A DNA stretch of 64,000 nucleotides from Alphaproteobacteria bacterium MarineAlpha12_Bin1 (lineage in GTDB: Bacteria > Pseudomonadota > Alphaproteobacteria > UBA6615). Position 1 is the stretch's first letter. Every line of letters starts with the position of its first letter. The notes beneath the pieces are model-generated. The model saw only the letters and a program-made list of their open reading frames with translations, was not told where the DNA came from and did no database searches. Below, in pieces: positions 44,280-54,643 of the stretch. A program made the position numbers and the translations under genes. The stretch spans positions 54,540 to 118,539 of the forward strand of contig PTJY01000006.1 in the NCBI GenBank assembly GCA_002937505.1. Reading direction: 5' to 3'.

Positions 44280-44295
44280 TCTATCAGGATTATAC

Positions 44296-44769
44296 TTGAA
44301 CGTGCCTACTCATAATGAAATCAAGCTATTACCACATAGGCCTTCGCAATTATTCGATCTGGTCTCTGATATTGAAAAATATCCAGAGTTTTTGCCCTGG
44401 TGTTTGTCGGTCAGTCAAATTAGCTGTAAGCAAGAATCTGATCATGAAATAATTATAGCTGATATGGAAATTGGTTTTCAGTTTTTTCGAGAAACAATAA
44501 GAACCAGAGTAATTCTGAACCGTCCGGATGACAATGAAAATGGCGGTAGTGTAGAAGTAGAATATATAAATGGTCCACTTAAGTACTTAAGGAATCATTG
44601 GTTGTTCAAGCCTGTAGATATGAAAAGTTGTGAATTAGACTTTTTTGTTGAATTTGAATTTAAGTCAATTTTATTCCAGCAACTAATAGGAAGTTTATTT
44701 CATCAGGCTGTAAAAAAAATGGTATTGGCATTTGAGGTAAGGGCAAAGGAATTATTTGGGGATGATTGA
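44296..44769 (+). CDS. SRPBCC/START-fold protein (RatA / COQ10-like)
   Basis: Motif DIEKYPEFLPWC, typical of the polyketide_cyc2 / coenzyme Q-binding family. Occupies the conserved position after lipA. TTG 44296 or GTG 44302 start. Confidence 0.8.
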   Translation: MNVPTHNEIKLLPHRPSQLFDLVSDIEKYPEFLPWCLSVSQISCKQESDHEIIIADMEIGFQFFRETIRTRVILNRPDDNENGGSVEVEYINGPLKYLRNHWLFKPVDMKSCELDFFVEFEFKSILFQQLIGSLFHQAVKKMVLAFEVRAKELFGDD

Positions 44770-44786
44770 TTTCTAAGCGCAATCGT

Positions 44787-45284
44787 TTAATTGTCCTCTA
44801 AAAACTTTCTAATAATTGAAAAAGCCGTTTGCACTGTAGCATCTCTTATTGCTGAACGTGATCCGGGAAAGTTCTGTTTCAAAGTATAGCTTGACCTTCC
44901 TCTTCCTGAACAAGCGAAATGAACTAACCCAACTGGTTTGTCTGTAGTGCCACCTCCTGGTCCAGCGACCCCAGTTACGGCAATGGTTATGTCAGACATT
45001 GAGCGTGATAAAGCACCTTCAGACATAGCGATGGCAACTTCTTCGCTCACTGATCCATGGAGCGCAATTAATAAATTTGGAACTCCTAAAAGTTCAATTT
45101 TCGCCTCATTTGAATATGTAATAAATCCTCTATCTATAACGTCTGATGATCCGGGTATTTCTGTCAAGCATGAGATGATTAGTCCTCCCGTACACGATTC
45201 TGCAGTCGCTAACCTGATGTCGGACCTCTTGCATAGTTCAAGAATTTGGTTGGCATCATAGAGTAATTGTTCATCAAACATCAT
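44787..45284 (-). CDS. CinA C-terminal domain protein (PncC-type nicotinamide-nucleotide amidohydrolase family)
   Basis: Motifs ATAESCTGG and AVTGVAGPGGG. Confidence 0.88.
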   Translation of the reverse strand: MMFDEQLLYDANQILELCKRSDIRLATAESCTGGLIISCLTEIPGSSDVIDRGFITYSNEAKIELLGVPNLLIALHGSVSEEVAIAMSEGALSRSMSDITIAVTGVAGPGGGTTDKPVGLVHFACSGRGRSSYTLKQNFPGSRSAIRDATVQTAFSIIRKFLEDN

Positions 45285-45287
45285 TAG

Positions 45288-45809
45288 TTATCCCAGAATT
45301 GATTGAAAAATAGGTATGTTTGGACTAGTTCCAAACCAAATTGCTATCAGGGATACTAATATTCCTGAGTATAATCCAGCTATTACATCATCCATCATAA
45401 TGCCCAATCCACTAGGTAAACGTTCAACAGCTTTACATGGCCATGGTTTAAAAATGTCTGCAAACCTAAAAAGTACAAAAGCAATAATATAGTAATGCCA
45501 ATCACTAGCAATTGGTAAAATAGACAGCCACATACCAATAAATTCATCTATTACTACTTCAGAAGGATCACTATCATCTAGTGTTTGTGCATGACTACTA
45601 CTGACAAAAATTCCGATAACAAATCCAAGAAATATTCCAACCGACAAAAGCCATGTTCCTCCTAGCATATAGAGTAATGAAGCCACAGGGATTGCGGCGA
45701 AAGAAGCCCAAGTTCCCGGAGCTAGGGGTAATTTTCCTATTCCACCTCCAGTCGCTATAAAAGAAGCTAATCTGAGTAATGATGTAGGTTTGTTATTGTG
45801 ATTGTTCAT
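45288..45809 (-). CDS. pgpA: phosphatidylglycerophosphatase A
   Basis: Membrane protein with motifs GGGIGKLPLAPGTW, DPSEVVIDE and FRFADIFKPWP. Confidence 0.9.
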   Translation of the reverse strand: MNNHNNKPTSLLRLASFIATGGGIGKLPLAPGTWASFAAIPVASLLYMLGGTWLLSVGIFLGFVIGIFVSSSHAQTLDDSDPSEVVIDEFIGMWLSILPIASDWHYYIIAFVLFRFADIFKPWPCKAVERLPSGLGIMMDDVIAGLYSGILVSLIAIWFGTSPNIPIFQSILG

Positions 45810-45815
45810 AAAAAA

Positions 45816-46997
45816 CTATAATTGTGTTTTAGTGTCTATGATAGCCATTGAAACCGTAGCGATAGCTCCAATTCCTTGATCTTTAGGACTTAAGCCTAGA
45901 CCGTCAGTTGTGGTTGATTTTATGCTCACACAATCTACTGAGACGTCCAACAAGGAGGATAATCTATTGCGCATATCATTTCTATAGGGCGAAATTCTGG
46001 GTTCTTCACACACGATTGTTACGTCTATATGACTTATATGACCTTTTTTGATCTTCATTAGCTCTAGTGATTTTTCTAGAAATACACTTGAATCAGTATT
46101 GGCCCATCTCTCGTCATCAGTAGGAAAATAATGACCTATATCACCAGCGCTCAATGCCCCAAGAATAGCATCAGTGATGGCGTGTAAAACTACATCGCCA
46201 TCAGAGGTGGCAATCAAGCTTTTATCCGATGGTATTGTTATGCCTGACAAACGTATTCCATTGCCAGGCCCTACTCGATGAACATCGTATCCAGTAGCTG
46301 TTTTTATTAAGGTTTTAGTTGATAAAATGCGCTTTAACCAAATTAGATCATTTTGATCAGTAACCTTTATATTTTCGTCAGATCCGGCTATTGGAACACA
46401 GATTTTTCCAAATTTCTCAAAAATTATTGAATCATCGGTTGCTTCTACGAACTCTGCTGAGCGATGAGCTTCTAAAATCATTTTAAAGTTAAAACCTTGA
46501 GGTGTTTGAATTCGCCACAAGTCGTTACGGTCAATACTTGAAGGTACGCCCTTATTTATACCCTTCTTAATAGTATCCTTTATGGGAAGAACCGGTATAA
46601 CTCCGTTCGATACGTGAAGTTTTTCTAAAACACGATTAATAAGTTCGGATGAAACTAAAGGTCTAGCTCCATCGTGAATCAGCACATACGAAGGATTAAT
46701 TTCTTCGATAGATTCTAATCCAAGTTTTACAGATTCTTGTCGAGTATTACCCCCGAAGGTTGGAGGCAGCAGCTTTAGGTTTTTAACGGTATTTTGATAA
46801 AGGTCTTGATGGTTCTTATTTATTACGACTTTTACGTGGCTTATATTAGGATGACATAGAAATGTTTCTATAGTCAGCCGTAACAATGAACGACCATCAA
46901 CATTAATATATTGTTTAGGAATATTTCCTGGCAGACGATTACTTACGCCTGCAGCTACTATTAGGACAACGGTATCAATCAATTGTTTTTCTATCAT
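45816..46997 (-). CDS. ispDF: bifunctional 2-C-methyl-D-erythritol 4-phosphate cytidylyltransferase / MEcPP synthase
   Basis: N-terminal IspD (VAAGVSNRL) fused to C-terminal IspF (GYDVHR, SDGDVVLHA, DIGHYFP). Confidence 0.94.
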   Translation of the reverse strand: MIEKQLIDTVVLIVAAGVSNRLPGNIPKQYINVDGRSLLRLTIETFLCHPNISHVKVVINKNHQDLYQNTVKNLKLLPPTFGGNTRQESVKLGLESIEEINPSYVLIHDGARPLVSSELINRVLEKLHVSNGVIPVLPIKDTIKKGINKGVPSSIDRNDLWRIQTPQGFNFKMILEAHRSAEFVEATDDSIIFEKFGKICVPIAGSDENIKVTDQNDLIWLKRILSTKTLIKTATGYDVHRVGPGNGIRLSGITIPSDKSLIATSDGDVVLHAITDAILGALSAGDIGHYFPTDDERWANTDSSVFLEKSLELMKIKKGHISHIDVTIVCEEPRISPYRNDMRNRLSSLLDVSVDCVSIKSTTTDGLGLSPKDQGIGAIATVSMAIIDTKTQL

Positions 46998-47087
46998 CTT
47001 TTTCTAATTTAAATTAGGTCTACGAAAATATAACCCAAGATTAATATATTATTTTGTATGTGTTGTAAGGTACTATAAATAAAGTGT

Positions 47088-48131
47088 ATGGTGCCTATAA
47101 TTTATGCAAATGATAATGGTGCCTATTTTATGAGCTGCAATAATAGCATTACCGTTGGTAATGTCCGAATTCCTAGTAGAGTTTTTTTAGCTCCGTTGTC
47201 TGGCATCAGTGATCAGCCATTTCGAAAAATTGTAAATAAGTATTCTACGGGTCTCGTTTATTCGGAAATGATTGCTAGTGCAGAAGTAATTAGAAGCACA
47301 AAGCAATCAAAACGCAAATCAACATTAATAGGAGAAGAGGGACCAATAGCTGTCCAACTAGCTGGCACAGAGCCATATTTAATGAGCGAAGCAGCCAAAA
47401 TATTAGAAGAAAGGGGAGCACATATTATTGATATAAATTTTGGATGCCCTGCAAAGAATGTTGTTAAAAAGTTATCTGGTTCTGCGCTTATGCGAGATCT
47501 GTCATTAGCAACAAAAATTATGGATGCAGTTGTTAAAAGTGTTCATATACCAGTCACTGTCAAAATGAGAATGGGCTGGGATCACGATACCCTTAATGCC
47601 CCGCAACTTGCCATGTTGGCAGAAGGAGTTGGGGTGCAAATGATTACTGTTCACGGAAGAACTAGGTGTCAGTTTTTTAAAGATCAGGCTAACTGGAAGT
47701 TTATTAAAAAAGTTAAAAACTCTGTAAGTATTCCAGTGATAGCAAACGGAGATATAAGAAACTGTGAAGATGCAATTAATTGCCTCGCTGAATCTGGCGC
47801 CGATGGAATAATGATTGGCCGTGCATCTCAGGGGAGGCCTTGGTTGTTAGGACACATCACGCAGTTCTTAGAAAATGGAGTTGTAATTCCGTTCCCTTCT
47901 ATGTCCGAGAGAAAAACTTTGGCTATAAATCATTTTTTTGAAATGCTTCATCATTACGGAATCGAGAGTGGTGTTCGTAATTCAAGGAAACACATGACCT
48001 GGTATTCTAGAGATATATCTGGGGCTAATGTTTTCAGAAATATAATAAATAATACAATGGATCCTTTTGTTGTTAAATCAGCAATTGAGAAATTTTTCCA
48101 ATCTAACAAGCAGGTTTATGAGTATGACTAA
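47088..48131 (+). CDS. dusB: tRNA-dihydrouridine synthase B (NifR3 family)
   Basis: Motifs LAPLSGISDQPFR, DINFGCP and TVHGRTR. Precedes ntrBC as in Alphaproteobacteria. Alternative start ATG 47130. Confidence 0.92.
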   Translation: MVPIIYANDNGAYFMSCNNSITVGNVRIPSRVFLAPLSGISDQPFRKIVNKYSTGLVYSEMIASAEVIRSTKQSKRKSTLIGEEGPIAVQLAGTEPYLMSEAAKILEERGAHIIDINFGCPAKNVVKKLSGSALMRDLSLATKIMDAVVKSVHIPVTVKMRMGWDHDTLNAPQLAMLAEGVGVQMITVHGRTRCQFFKDQANWKFIKKVKNSVSIPVIANGDIRNCEDAINCLAESGADGIMIGRASQGRPWLLGHITQFLENGVVIPFPSMSERKTLAINHFFEMLHHYGIESGVRNSRKHMTWYSRDISGANVFRNIINNTMDPFVVKSAIEKFFQSNKQVYEYD

Positions 48132-49248
48132 TATGGAAAACTCATCTCAATTAACTTTATCAGGCGGATCAATTGATGCTGAATCACTCATAAATTCTTT
48201 GTTTGATGCCGTTATTTTGGTGGATAATGAAAATATTATATGTTTTGTCAATTATGCAGCAGAGAAGTTACTAGGAATTAGCGCTTCTCTTTTAATTGGC
48301 CTAGAACTTAAAGTTCTTATACCGCTCGATTCAGCTCTATTTTCTATTATTGAACAATGCCGTAGATCTTCTTCTTCAGTGGTTGAGTCTGATGTTCATT
48401 TAGAAAGTCCAAAAATAGGTTCACACGACATTGATGTTAGAGCAACCACTTACATGGAGGGTAGTGATTATATTGTTTTAATGCTTCAAACACATTTGAT
48501 GTCACGTCAAATAGGAAAGAACATTACTAATCGGGGCTCTGTAAGGTCTGTAGTGGCGATGGCCTCTATGCTTGCACATGAGGTTAAAAACCCATTATCT
48601 GGAATAAGAGGAGCCGCACAGTTATTGGAAGATGAGGTCAGTCAGGAAAGCTTAGGTCTTACAAAATTAATTTGTGATGAAACCGATAGGATTGTATTGC
48701 TGCTCGATCGCATGAGCTTTTTTTCTGATACCCAACCACCTAAAAGGAACCATATAAACATTCACGAAGTACTAAACCATGTTTGCCAACTGGCACAAAA
48801 TGGGTTTGGACGTCATGTTAAAATTATTGAAGAGTACGATCCATCTTTACCTGCAGTGTATGCTAACCGCGATGAATTAGTACAAGTTTTCCTTAATTTA
48901 TTGAAGAACGCTGCAGAAGCGGCACCAAAAAGTGGTGGACAAATAGAGATTCTAACTCGTTATCGACACGGTACAAGAATTTCTGTTTCTTCTAGTAATG
49001 AATATATTGATCTTCCTATGGAAATCATTATTAGTGATAATGGTGAAGGGGTTCCTGATGACATAAAGCCGTGTTTATTTGACCCATTTGTGACAACTAA
49101 AAAAAATGGAAGTGGTTTGGGTTTAGCTCTTGTTGCAAAGATTATTGATGCGCACGGGGGTATTGTTGACCTAATCAACACGGACAGGAAAACAGAGTTT
49201 CGTGTACTTCTTCCAAGAAACTCTACGTTAATGAAGAACAAATCATGA
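48118..49248 (+). CDS. ntrB: nitrogen regulation sensor histidine kinase NtrB
   Basis: PAS domain, H-box [17 protein letters not shown], and G-box GSGLGLALV. Start ambiguous among ATG 48118, 48124 and 48133 around the dusB stop. Confidence 0.9.
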   Translation: MSMTNMENSSQLTLSGGSIDAESLINSLFDAVILVDNENIICFVNYAAEKLLGISASLLIGLELKVLIPLDSALFSIIEQCRRSSSSVVESDVHLESPKIGSHDIDVRATTYMEGSDYIVLMLQTHLMSRQIGKNITNRGSVRSVVAMASMLAHEVKNPLSGIRGAAQLLEDEVSQESLGLTKLICDETDRIVLLLDRMSFFSDTQPPKRNHINIHEVLNHVCQLAQNGFGRHVKIIEEYDPSLPAVYANRDELVQVFLNLLKNAAEAAPKSGGQIEILTRYRHGTRISVSSSNEYIDLPMEIIISDNGEGVPDDIKPCLFDPFVTTKKNGSGLGLALVAKIIDAHGGIVDLINTDRKTEFRVLLPRNSTLMKNKS

Positions 49249-50699
49249 GTTATGCTTCTATATTAATTGCTGATGATGATCAGGGGATAAGAACAGTACT
49301 TAGTCATGCTCTAGGTAGAATGGGACACGATGTGCGTACAACCAGCAATGCAGCAAATCTATGGCGTTGGGTATCTAATGGCGATGGTGATCTGGTTATC
49401 ACCGATGTAATTATGCCAGATGAAAATGGACTAGACTTAATACCTCGAATACGAAAGCTTAGACCAGACTTAAGAATAATAGTTATGAGTGCACAAAGCA
49501 CACTGTTAACTGCTATTAGAGCCACTGAAAGGGGAGCCTTTGAATATATACCTAAACCATTCGATTTGAAGGATTTGATAGAGATAGTTCAAAGAGCTTT
49601 AAACTCGAATGATGAGTGGCCCTCGTTCGACCAAGTAGATGAGTCAAACTCTACTAACGAGGACAAATTACCTTTAATTGGTCGGTCCCCAGCCATGCAG
49701 GAAATATATAGAGTTGTTGCACGATTAATGGGAACTGATCTAACCGTTTTAATAACTGGTGAATCTGGTACAGGTAAAGAACTAGTTGCAAAAGCTTTGC
49801 ATGATTATGGAAAAAGAAATTATGGTGAATTTGTTGCGGTGAACATGGCGGCAATACCCAGAGAACTTGTAGAGAGTGAATTATTTGGGCATCAGAAGGG
49901 GGCCTTCACGGGCGCAACCACAAAAAAGGTTGGGCGTTTCGAACAAGCAGATGGTGGAACTCTTTTTCTTGACGAAATTGGTGATATGCCAATAGAAGCA
50001 CAGACTAGATTATTAAGGGTTTTACAGGAGGGAGAGTATACAACTGTTGGAGGCCAGTCTCCTATCAGTTCAAATGTTCGGATAATAGCCGCGACTCAAA
50101 GAGACTTGAGGACAGCCGTACGCCAAGGGATGTTTCGTGAAGATTTGTTTTATCGTCTAAATGTAGTGCCACTTAGAATTCCACCCTTGCGTGAAAGAAC
50201 TGAAGATATTCCTGAATTGGTATCGCATTTTCTTGAAAAAACCAAGGTTGATGGCTCTAGCGTTAAATCCATTGAGAAATCAGCCTATGATCGGCTTAAA
50301 GAATATCGTTGGCCAGGTAACGTTAGAGAACTAGAGAATCTTATTCAACGACTTTCAGTTCTGTATAGTCAACAAATTGTTGACGTTGGGATGATAGAGG
50401 CCGAGCTTTCTGATACCTCAGTAAACACAGAACTAGAATTAAAGAAAAGCAATCAATCATTAGAAGAGTTTGTAGAGGACTATCTACGAGACTACGTATT
50501 TTCTGAAGGATCTAAATCCGCTAAACGTGGTCTGTATTCTAGGTCAATTAGGGAGTTTGAAAGACCATTGATAGCAGTTACATTAGAAATGACTAATGGT
50601 AATCAAATTAAAGCTGCCGAGCTTTTAGGTTTGAATCGTAACACTTTACGCAAAAAAATAAGAGAACTAGATATTGAGATAATGCGTGGAATAAAGTGA
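49245..50699 (+). CDS. ntrC: nitrogen regulation response regulator NtrC (sigma-54 activator)
   Basis: Receiver domain, AAA+ motif GESGTGKE with an intact GAFTGA loop, and a C-terminal Fis-type HTH. ATGA overlap with ntrB. Confidence 0.94.
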   Translation: MSYASILIADDDQGIRTVLSHALGRMGHDVRTTSNAANLWRWVSNGDGDLVITDVIMPDENGLDLIPRIRKLRPDLRIIVMSAQSTLLTAIRATERGAFEYIPKPFDLKDLIEIVQRALNSNDEWPSFDQVDESNSTNEDKLPLIGRSPAMQEIYRVVARLMGTDLTVLITGESGTGKELVAKALHDYGKRNYGEFVAVNMAAIPRELVESELFGHQKGAFTGATTKKVGRFEQADGGTLFLDEIGDMPIEAQTRLLRVLQEGEYTTVGGQSPISSNVRIIAATQRDLRTAVRQGMFREDLFYRLNVVPLRIPPLRERTEDIPELVSHFLEKTKVDGSSVKSIEKSAYDRLKEYRWPGNVRELENLIQRLSVLYSQQIVDVGMIEAELSDTSVNTELELKKSNQSLEEFVEDYLRDYVFSEGSKSAKRGLYSRSIREFERPLIAVTLEMTNGNQIKAAELLGLNRNTLRKKIRELDIEIMRGIK

Positions 50700-50809
50700 A
50701 TTAACGTTAACTAACTGATTATAGTTAACTTTAATTACTGATGCTGTAATTATATTAAAGATACGTTTTTTGTGTTTACCTAATTGGACATCAGGAGGTC
50801 ACTAAGAAG

Positions 50810-53107
50810 TTGAGCGCTAATGTCAAAGACAAAAGTCAGACATCTGGAAGTGATGTAGAGCCTTTAATGGTTCGCTTAATTGGAAGCAGGGTAGGTAATG
50901 GAAATCTGGGTCGTTGGTTTTCAATTGCCTTAATGATCCTGGCTGCTTTTGCTGTAGCGGCGACATTTATATCTATAACTAATGTATCTCGATTTGGCAT
51001 AACCCAAGAAACGGTTCTCTTTCTCATTGTTGTTGACTTAGCTCTTGTTTTACTGCTTGGGGTTACGATCACTTGGATCTTAGTTCGGTTATTGACCAGA
51101 AGAAGGGCTGGATCTATCGGAGCTAGGCTTCATATCAAACTTGTTTCTCTGTTTTCCCTTGTTGCAGTTTTGCCGGCGATTATTGTCGTAATTCTTGCTG
51201 CTCTTATCTTTAACACACAAGTCCAAGCTTGGTTTGATGAAAGAGTTCGCACAGCTGTAGAAAACTCCGTGGTTGTAGCTGATGCATATCTCGCAGAGCA
51301 TAAGCGTGTTATTGCAGCCGATGCAGTAGCTATGGGGAAAGACTTAAATCGTAGCTGGCCTCGTTTTGCTACAAACCTTTCACTAATTGAAAGAACTGTA
51401 AACATACAAGCGGCCCTTAGAAACTTACCAGAAGCAATGGTTTTTGATGAAAAGGGGCATATTATTGCTAGAGCAGGATTAACAGCTTCTTTAGAGCTAG
51501 AATGGCCTTCTAATAATGCTTTTGAACAGGCAAACAGAGGGGAAATAGTTATATTAACTAGTAACGCAGACGATAGGGTTCGTGCTCTGATTGGTCTGAA
51601 CACAATACCTCAGGCCTATCTTTATGTTGGAAGGTGGGTTGATTCTAATATTATTGGCTACGTTGAAAGAACTCAAGAAGCCGCCCAAAAATACGCCCAG
51701 CTTGAATCACGACGCACAGGTTTGCAACTTCAATTCGCAACTATTTTTGTTATAGTTACACTGCTGCTTTTACTAGTTGCGGTGGGAGTTGGTCTAGGCT
51801 TTGCCAATCGAATGACTGGGCCAATTACTAAGCTGGTGAGAGGAACGGAGTTAGTTCGTTCAGGAAACCTAGGTGTTCGTATAGATGGTGATGATGCAAA
51901 AGATGAGCTAGGGATATTAACACGAGCATTTAATCGAATGACAAGGCAACTAGATGAACAACGTAGCGAGTTAGTTGAAGCAAACAGACAGTTAGAAGAC
52001 CGCAGAAGATTTACAGAAGCTGTTTTAGCTGGAGTGTCGGCTGGTGTAATAGGGCTTGATCAAGAGGCTAGAGTAAATTTACCAAATAGATCTGCATCAA
52101 CCTTACTTGGTGCGGGAGTAGGTGAGCTAGCAGGACAGCCTCTAGCAGTTGTGGTTCCTGAAATGGCTGAATGTCTTGAATTAGCACTAACTAATACTGA
52201 TCGTTTAGTCGAAGACGACGTTACACTAACTATAGGTGAGGAAAGTAGAACTCTACACGTACGAATAGCTGCTGAATATGATAACTCAGAATCAGTTATT
52301 GGATATGTTGTAACTTTCGATGATATGACTGAGTTGCTTTCGGCGCAAAGAAAAGCAGCTTGGGCGGATGTGGCCAGACGGATAGCGCACGAGATTAAAA
52401 ACCCTCTTACGCCCATACAACTGTCCGCTGAAAGATTGAAGCGTAAATATGCAGAAGAAATCATCTCAGATCGTGAAACATTTGAACAATGTACTGATAC
52501 CATAGTTAGGCAGGTTACAGATATCGGCAGAATGGTTGATGAGTTTTCTGCTTTTGCAAGAATGCCCAATCCAATCTTTTTAGACACAAATTTAGTTGAG
52601 CTTTGTAAGCATCCATTTGTTCTTCAGCAAAATGCCCATCCAGAGATATCCTTTCACTATCAATATAATCAAGATGAAATCCATGCATCCTGCGATGAAG
52701 GTCTCATTACTCAAGCGTTAACAAACCTCTTACGTAACTCCATAGAGGCAATTGAGGAACGTATTTCTGATGAAAATAGGAATCAACATTTCAATGGGGA
52801 AATATCTCTACTACTTCATAAGGAAGATAGTTCGGTTACAATTACTGTTATAGATAATGGTAAAGGGTTACCTGAAACACAACGGGATAGATTAACGGAG
52901 CCTTATATTACAACCCGAACCAAAGGTACTGGGTTAGGGTTAGCAATTGTTAAACGAATTGTTGAGCAACATGAGGGATATCTGCGCCTAGAAGACATAG
53001 ATAAGACTGATTATCCGATTAGTGAACCTAAAAAAAGTATAAAAGGAGCAAAAATAAGTATTGTTTTTCCTGTTAGATCCGAATCTTCCAAGAGTGGTAA
53101 AAAATGA
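50810..53107 (+). CDS. ntrY: sensor histidine kinase NtrY
   Basis: N-terminal TM helices, HAMP, PAS, H-box HEIKNPLTPIQLSAE, and G-box GTGLGLAIV. TTG 50810 follows AGGAGG; alternative ATG 50864. Confidence 0.92.
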   Translation: MSANVKDKSQTSGSDVEPLMVRLIGSRVGNGNLGRWFSIALMILAAFAVAATFISITNVSRFGITQETVLFLIVVDLALVLLLGVTITWILVRLLTRRRAGSIGARLHIKLVSLFSLVAVLPAIIVVILAALIFNTQVQAWFDERVRTAVENSVVVADAYLAEHKRVIAADAVAMGKDLNRSWPRFATNLSLIERTVNIQAALRNLPEAMVFDEKGHIIARAGLTASLELEWPSNNAFEQANRGEIVILTSNADDRVRALIGLNTIPQAYLYVGRWVDSNIIGYVERTQEAAQKYAQLESRRTGLQLQFATIFVIVTLLLLLVAVGVGLGFANRMTGPITKLVRGTELVRSGNLGVRIDGDDAKDELGILTRAFNRMTRQLDEQRSELVEANRQLEDRRRFTEAVLAGVSAGVIGLDQEARVNLPNRSASTLLGAGVGELAGQPLAVVVPEMAECLELALTNTDRLVEDDVTLTIGEESRTLHVRIAAEYDNSESVIGYVVTFDDMTELLSAQRKAAWADVARRIAHEIKNPLTPIQLSAERLKRKYAEEIISDRETFEQCTDTIVRQVTDIGRMVDEFSAFARMPNPIFLDTNLVELCKHPFVLQQNAHPEISFHYQYNQDEIHASCDEGLITQALTNLLRNSIEAIEERISDENRNQHFNGEISLLLHKEDSSVTITVIDNGKGLPETQRDRLTEPYITTRTKGTGLGLAIVKRIVEQHEGYLRLEDIDKTDYPISEPKKSIKGAKISIVFPVRSESSKSGKK

Positions 53108-53147
53108 ACAATAAACGTCAAACGCGTATTGTGGTTAGTAGGGTTTA

Positions 53148-54599
53148 ATGGCAAACGATATTTTGATAGTCGACGACGAAGATGATATACGCCTGCTGAT
53201 ATCGGGTGTCTTAGACGATGAGGGTTATGAAACCCGAGATGCTAGTAATAGTCAGCAGGCAATAGAGGAACTGGGTATAAGACGTCCAAGTCTTATAATA
53301 CTAGATATATGGCTTGAAAACAGCGATCTGGATGGAATGCAACTTCTGAATAAACTTTATCTTGAGTGCCCAGAGATTCCTGTGGTCATGATAAGTGGAC
53401 ATGGATCGATAGAAATGGCGGTCCAGGCTATTAAGATGGGCGCTTATGACTTTATAGAGAAACCTTTTAAATCTGATCGTCTTCTACTTATAGTATCGCG
53501 GGCGATTGAAGCTGCACGATTGAGACGAGAAAATGAAGAACTTCGCCTGAGGGCAGGGGCAGAGGCTGAGTTGATAGGAAATTCGACATCTATAAATCAG
53601 TTAAGACAGGCGATTGAAAAAGCTGCGCCTACGGGAAGCAGAGTTTTAATTTATGGGCCTGCTGGTTCGGGAAAAGAAGTTGCTGCTCGAATGTTGCATC
53701 GTTTTTCTTCGCGTTCAGAACAGCCATTTGTTGTCATAAATTGTGCAACCATGGCTCCTGAAAGAATGGAGTTAGAGCTATTTGGGTCAGAATCTGACAC
53801 AACTGTTAATGAGAATGGATCTGCCAGAATAGGTTTATTTGAACAGGCACACACAGGCACTCTGCTTTTGGATGAGGTGGCAGACATGCCCATTGAAACA
53901 CAAGGGAAAATAGTAAGAGCTCTTCAAGAACAAACGTTTGTTCGCATCGGAGGAACTCAGAAAGTAAGGGTTGACGTTCGGGTTGTGGCCACAACAACTA
54001 AAGATATGACTGCTGAAATTGCAGCCGGTAATTTCCGCGAGGATTTATATTATAGATTGAATGTTGTTCCACTGGAAGTGCCAAATCTCTCTCAACGAAA
54101 AGATGATGTTCCTGTTTTAGCTGATTATTTTATGAATCAATCATCCCAACTTTCTGGTCTCGCTCCCAAAAAAATTGGAACTGACGCGATGGCGTCGCTG
54201 CAAGGATATACTTGGCCTGGAAATGTAAGACAACTTCGGAATGTTATTGAATGGCTACTAATAATGACACCAGTAGAACATGACAGGCCAGTTCAAGTTG
54301 ATATGTTGCCTCCTGAAATAGGAGGAATATCTCCCTCTATACTTCGACAAGATACCAGTGTCGAACTTTTAAGTTTATCTCTCCGCGATGCTCGAGAGGA
54401 ATTTGAAAGGCAATACCTGGGAGCTCAAATCACACGTTTTGGTGGCAATATATCGAGGACAGCAAGCTTTGTAGGTATGGAAAGATCTGCTTTACATCGA
54501 AAATTAAAGTCCTTGGGGGTGCAGAGTGGCGTAGCTGGATCAGGTCAACCAACAAATGGAACAGCGGAGGATATCCCTAGTTCAAGTAGTCAGTCGTAA
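53148..54599 (+). CDS. ntrX: response regulator NtrX
   Basis: Receiver domain, AAA+ motif GPAGSGKE without a GAFTGA loop, and a C-terminal HTH. Follows ntrY. Confidence 0.93.
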   Translation: MANDILIVDDEDDIRLLISGVLDDEGYETRDASNSQQAIEELGIRRPSLIILDIWLENSDLDGMQLLNKLYLECPEIPVVMISGHGSIEMAVQAIKMGAYDFIEKPFKSDRLLLIVSRAIEAARLRRENEELRLRAGAEAELIGNSTSINQLRQAIEKAAPTGSRVLIYGPAGSGKEVAARMLHRFSSRSEQPFVVINCATMAPERMELELFGSESDTTVNENGSARIGLFEQAHTGTLLLDEVADMPIETQGKIVRALQEQTFVRIGGTQKVRVDVRVVATTTKDMTAEIAAGNFREDLYYRLNVVPLEVPNLSQRKDDVPVLADYFMNQSSQLSGLAPKKIGTDAMASLQGYTWPGNVRQLRNVIEWLLIMTPVEHDRPVQVDMLPPEIGGISPSILRQDTSVELLSLSLRDAREEFERQYLGAQITRFGGNISRTASFVGMERSALHRKLKSLGVQSGVAGSGQPTNGTAEDIPSSSSQS

Positions 54600-54643
54600 A
54601 ACGCTATCGGAATATTAAAGTGTCGACAAGGTGATCTTAGAAA

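Noticed and set aside
50701-50740. Palindromes TTAACGTTAA and repeated GTTAAC in the ntrC-ntrY spacer.
   Set aside because: Short, AT-rich and self-complementary hexamers, plausibly chance. No known regulator motif was recognised, and they lack a following U-tract, so they do not look like a terminator.
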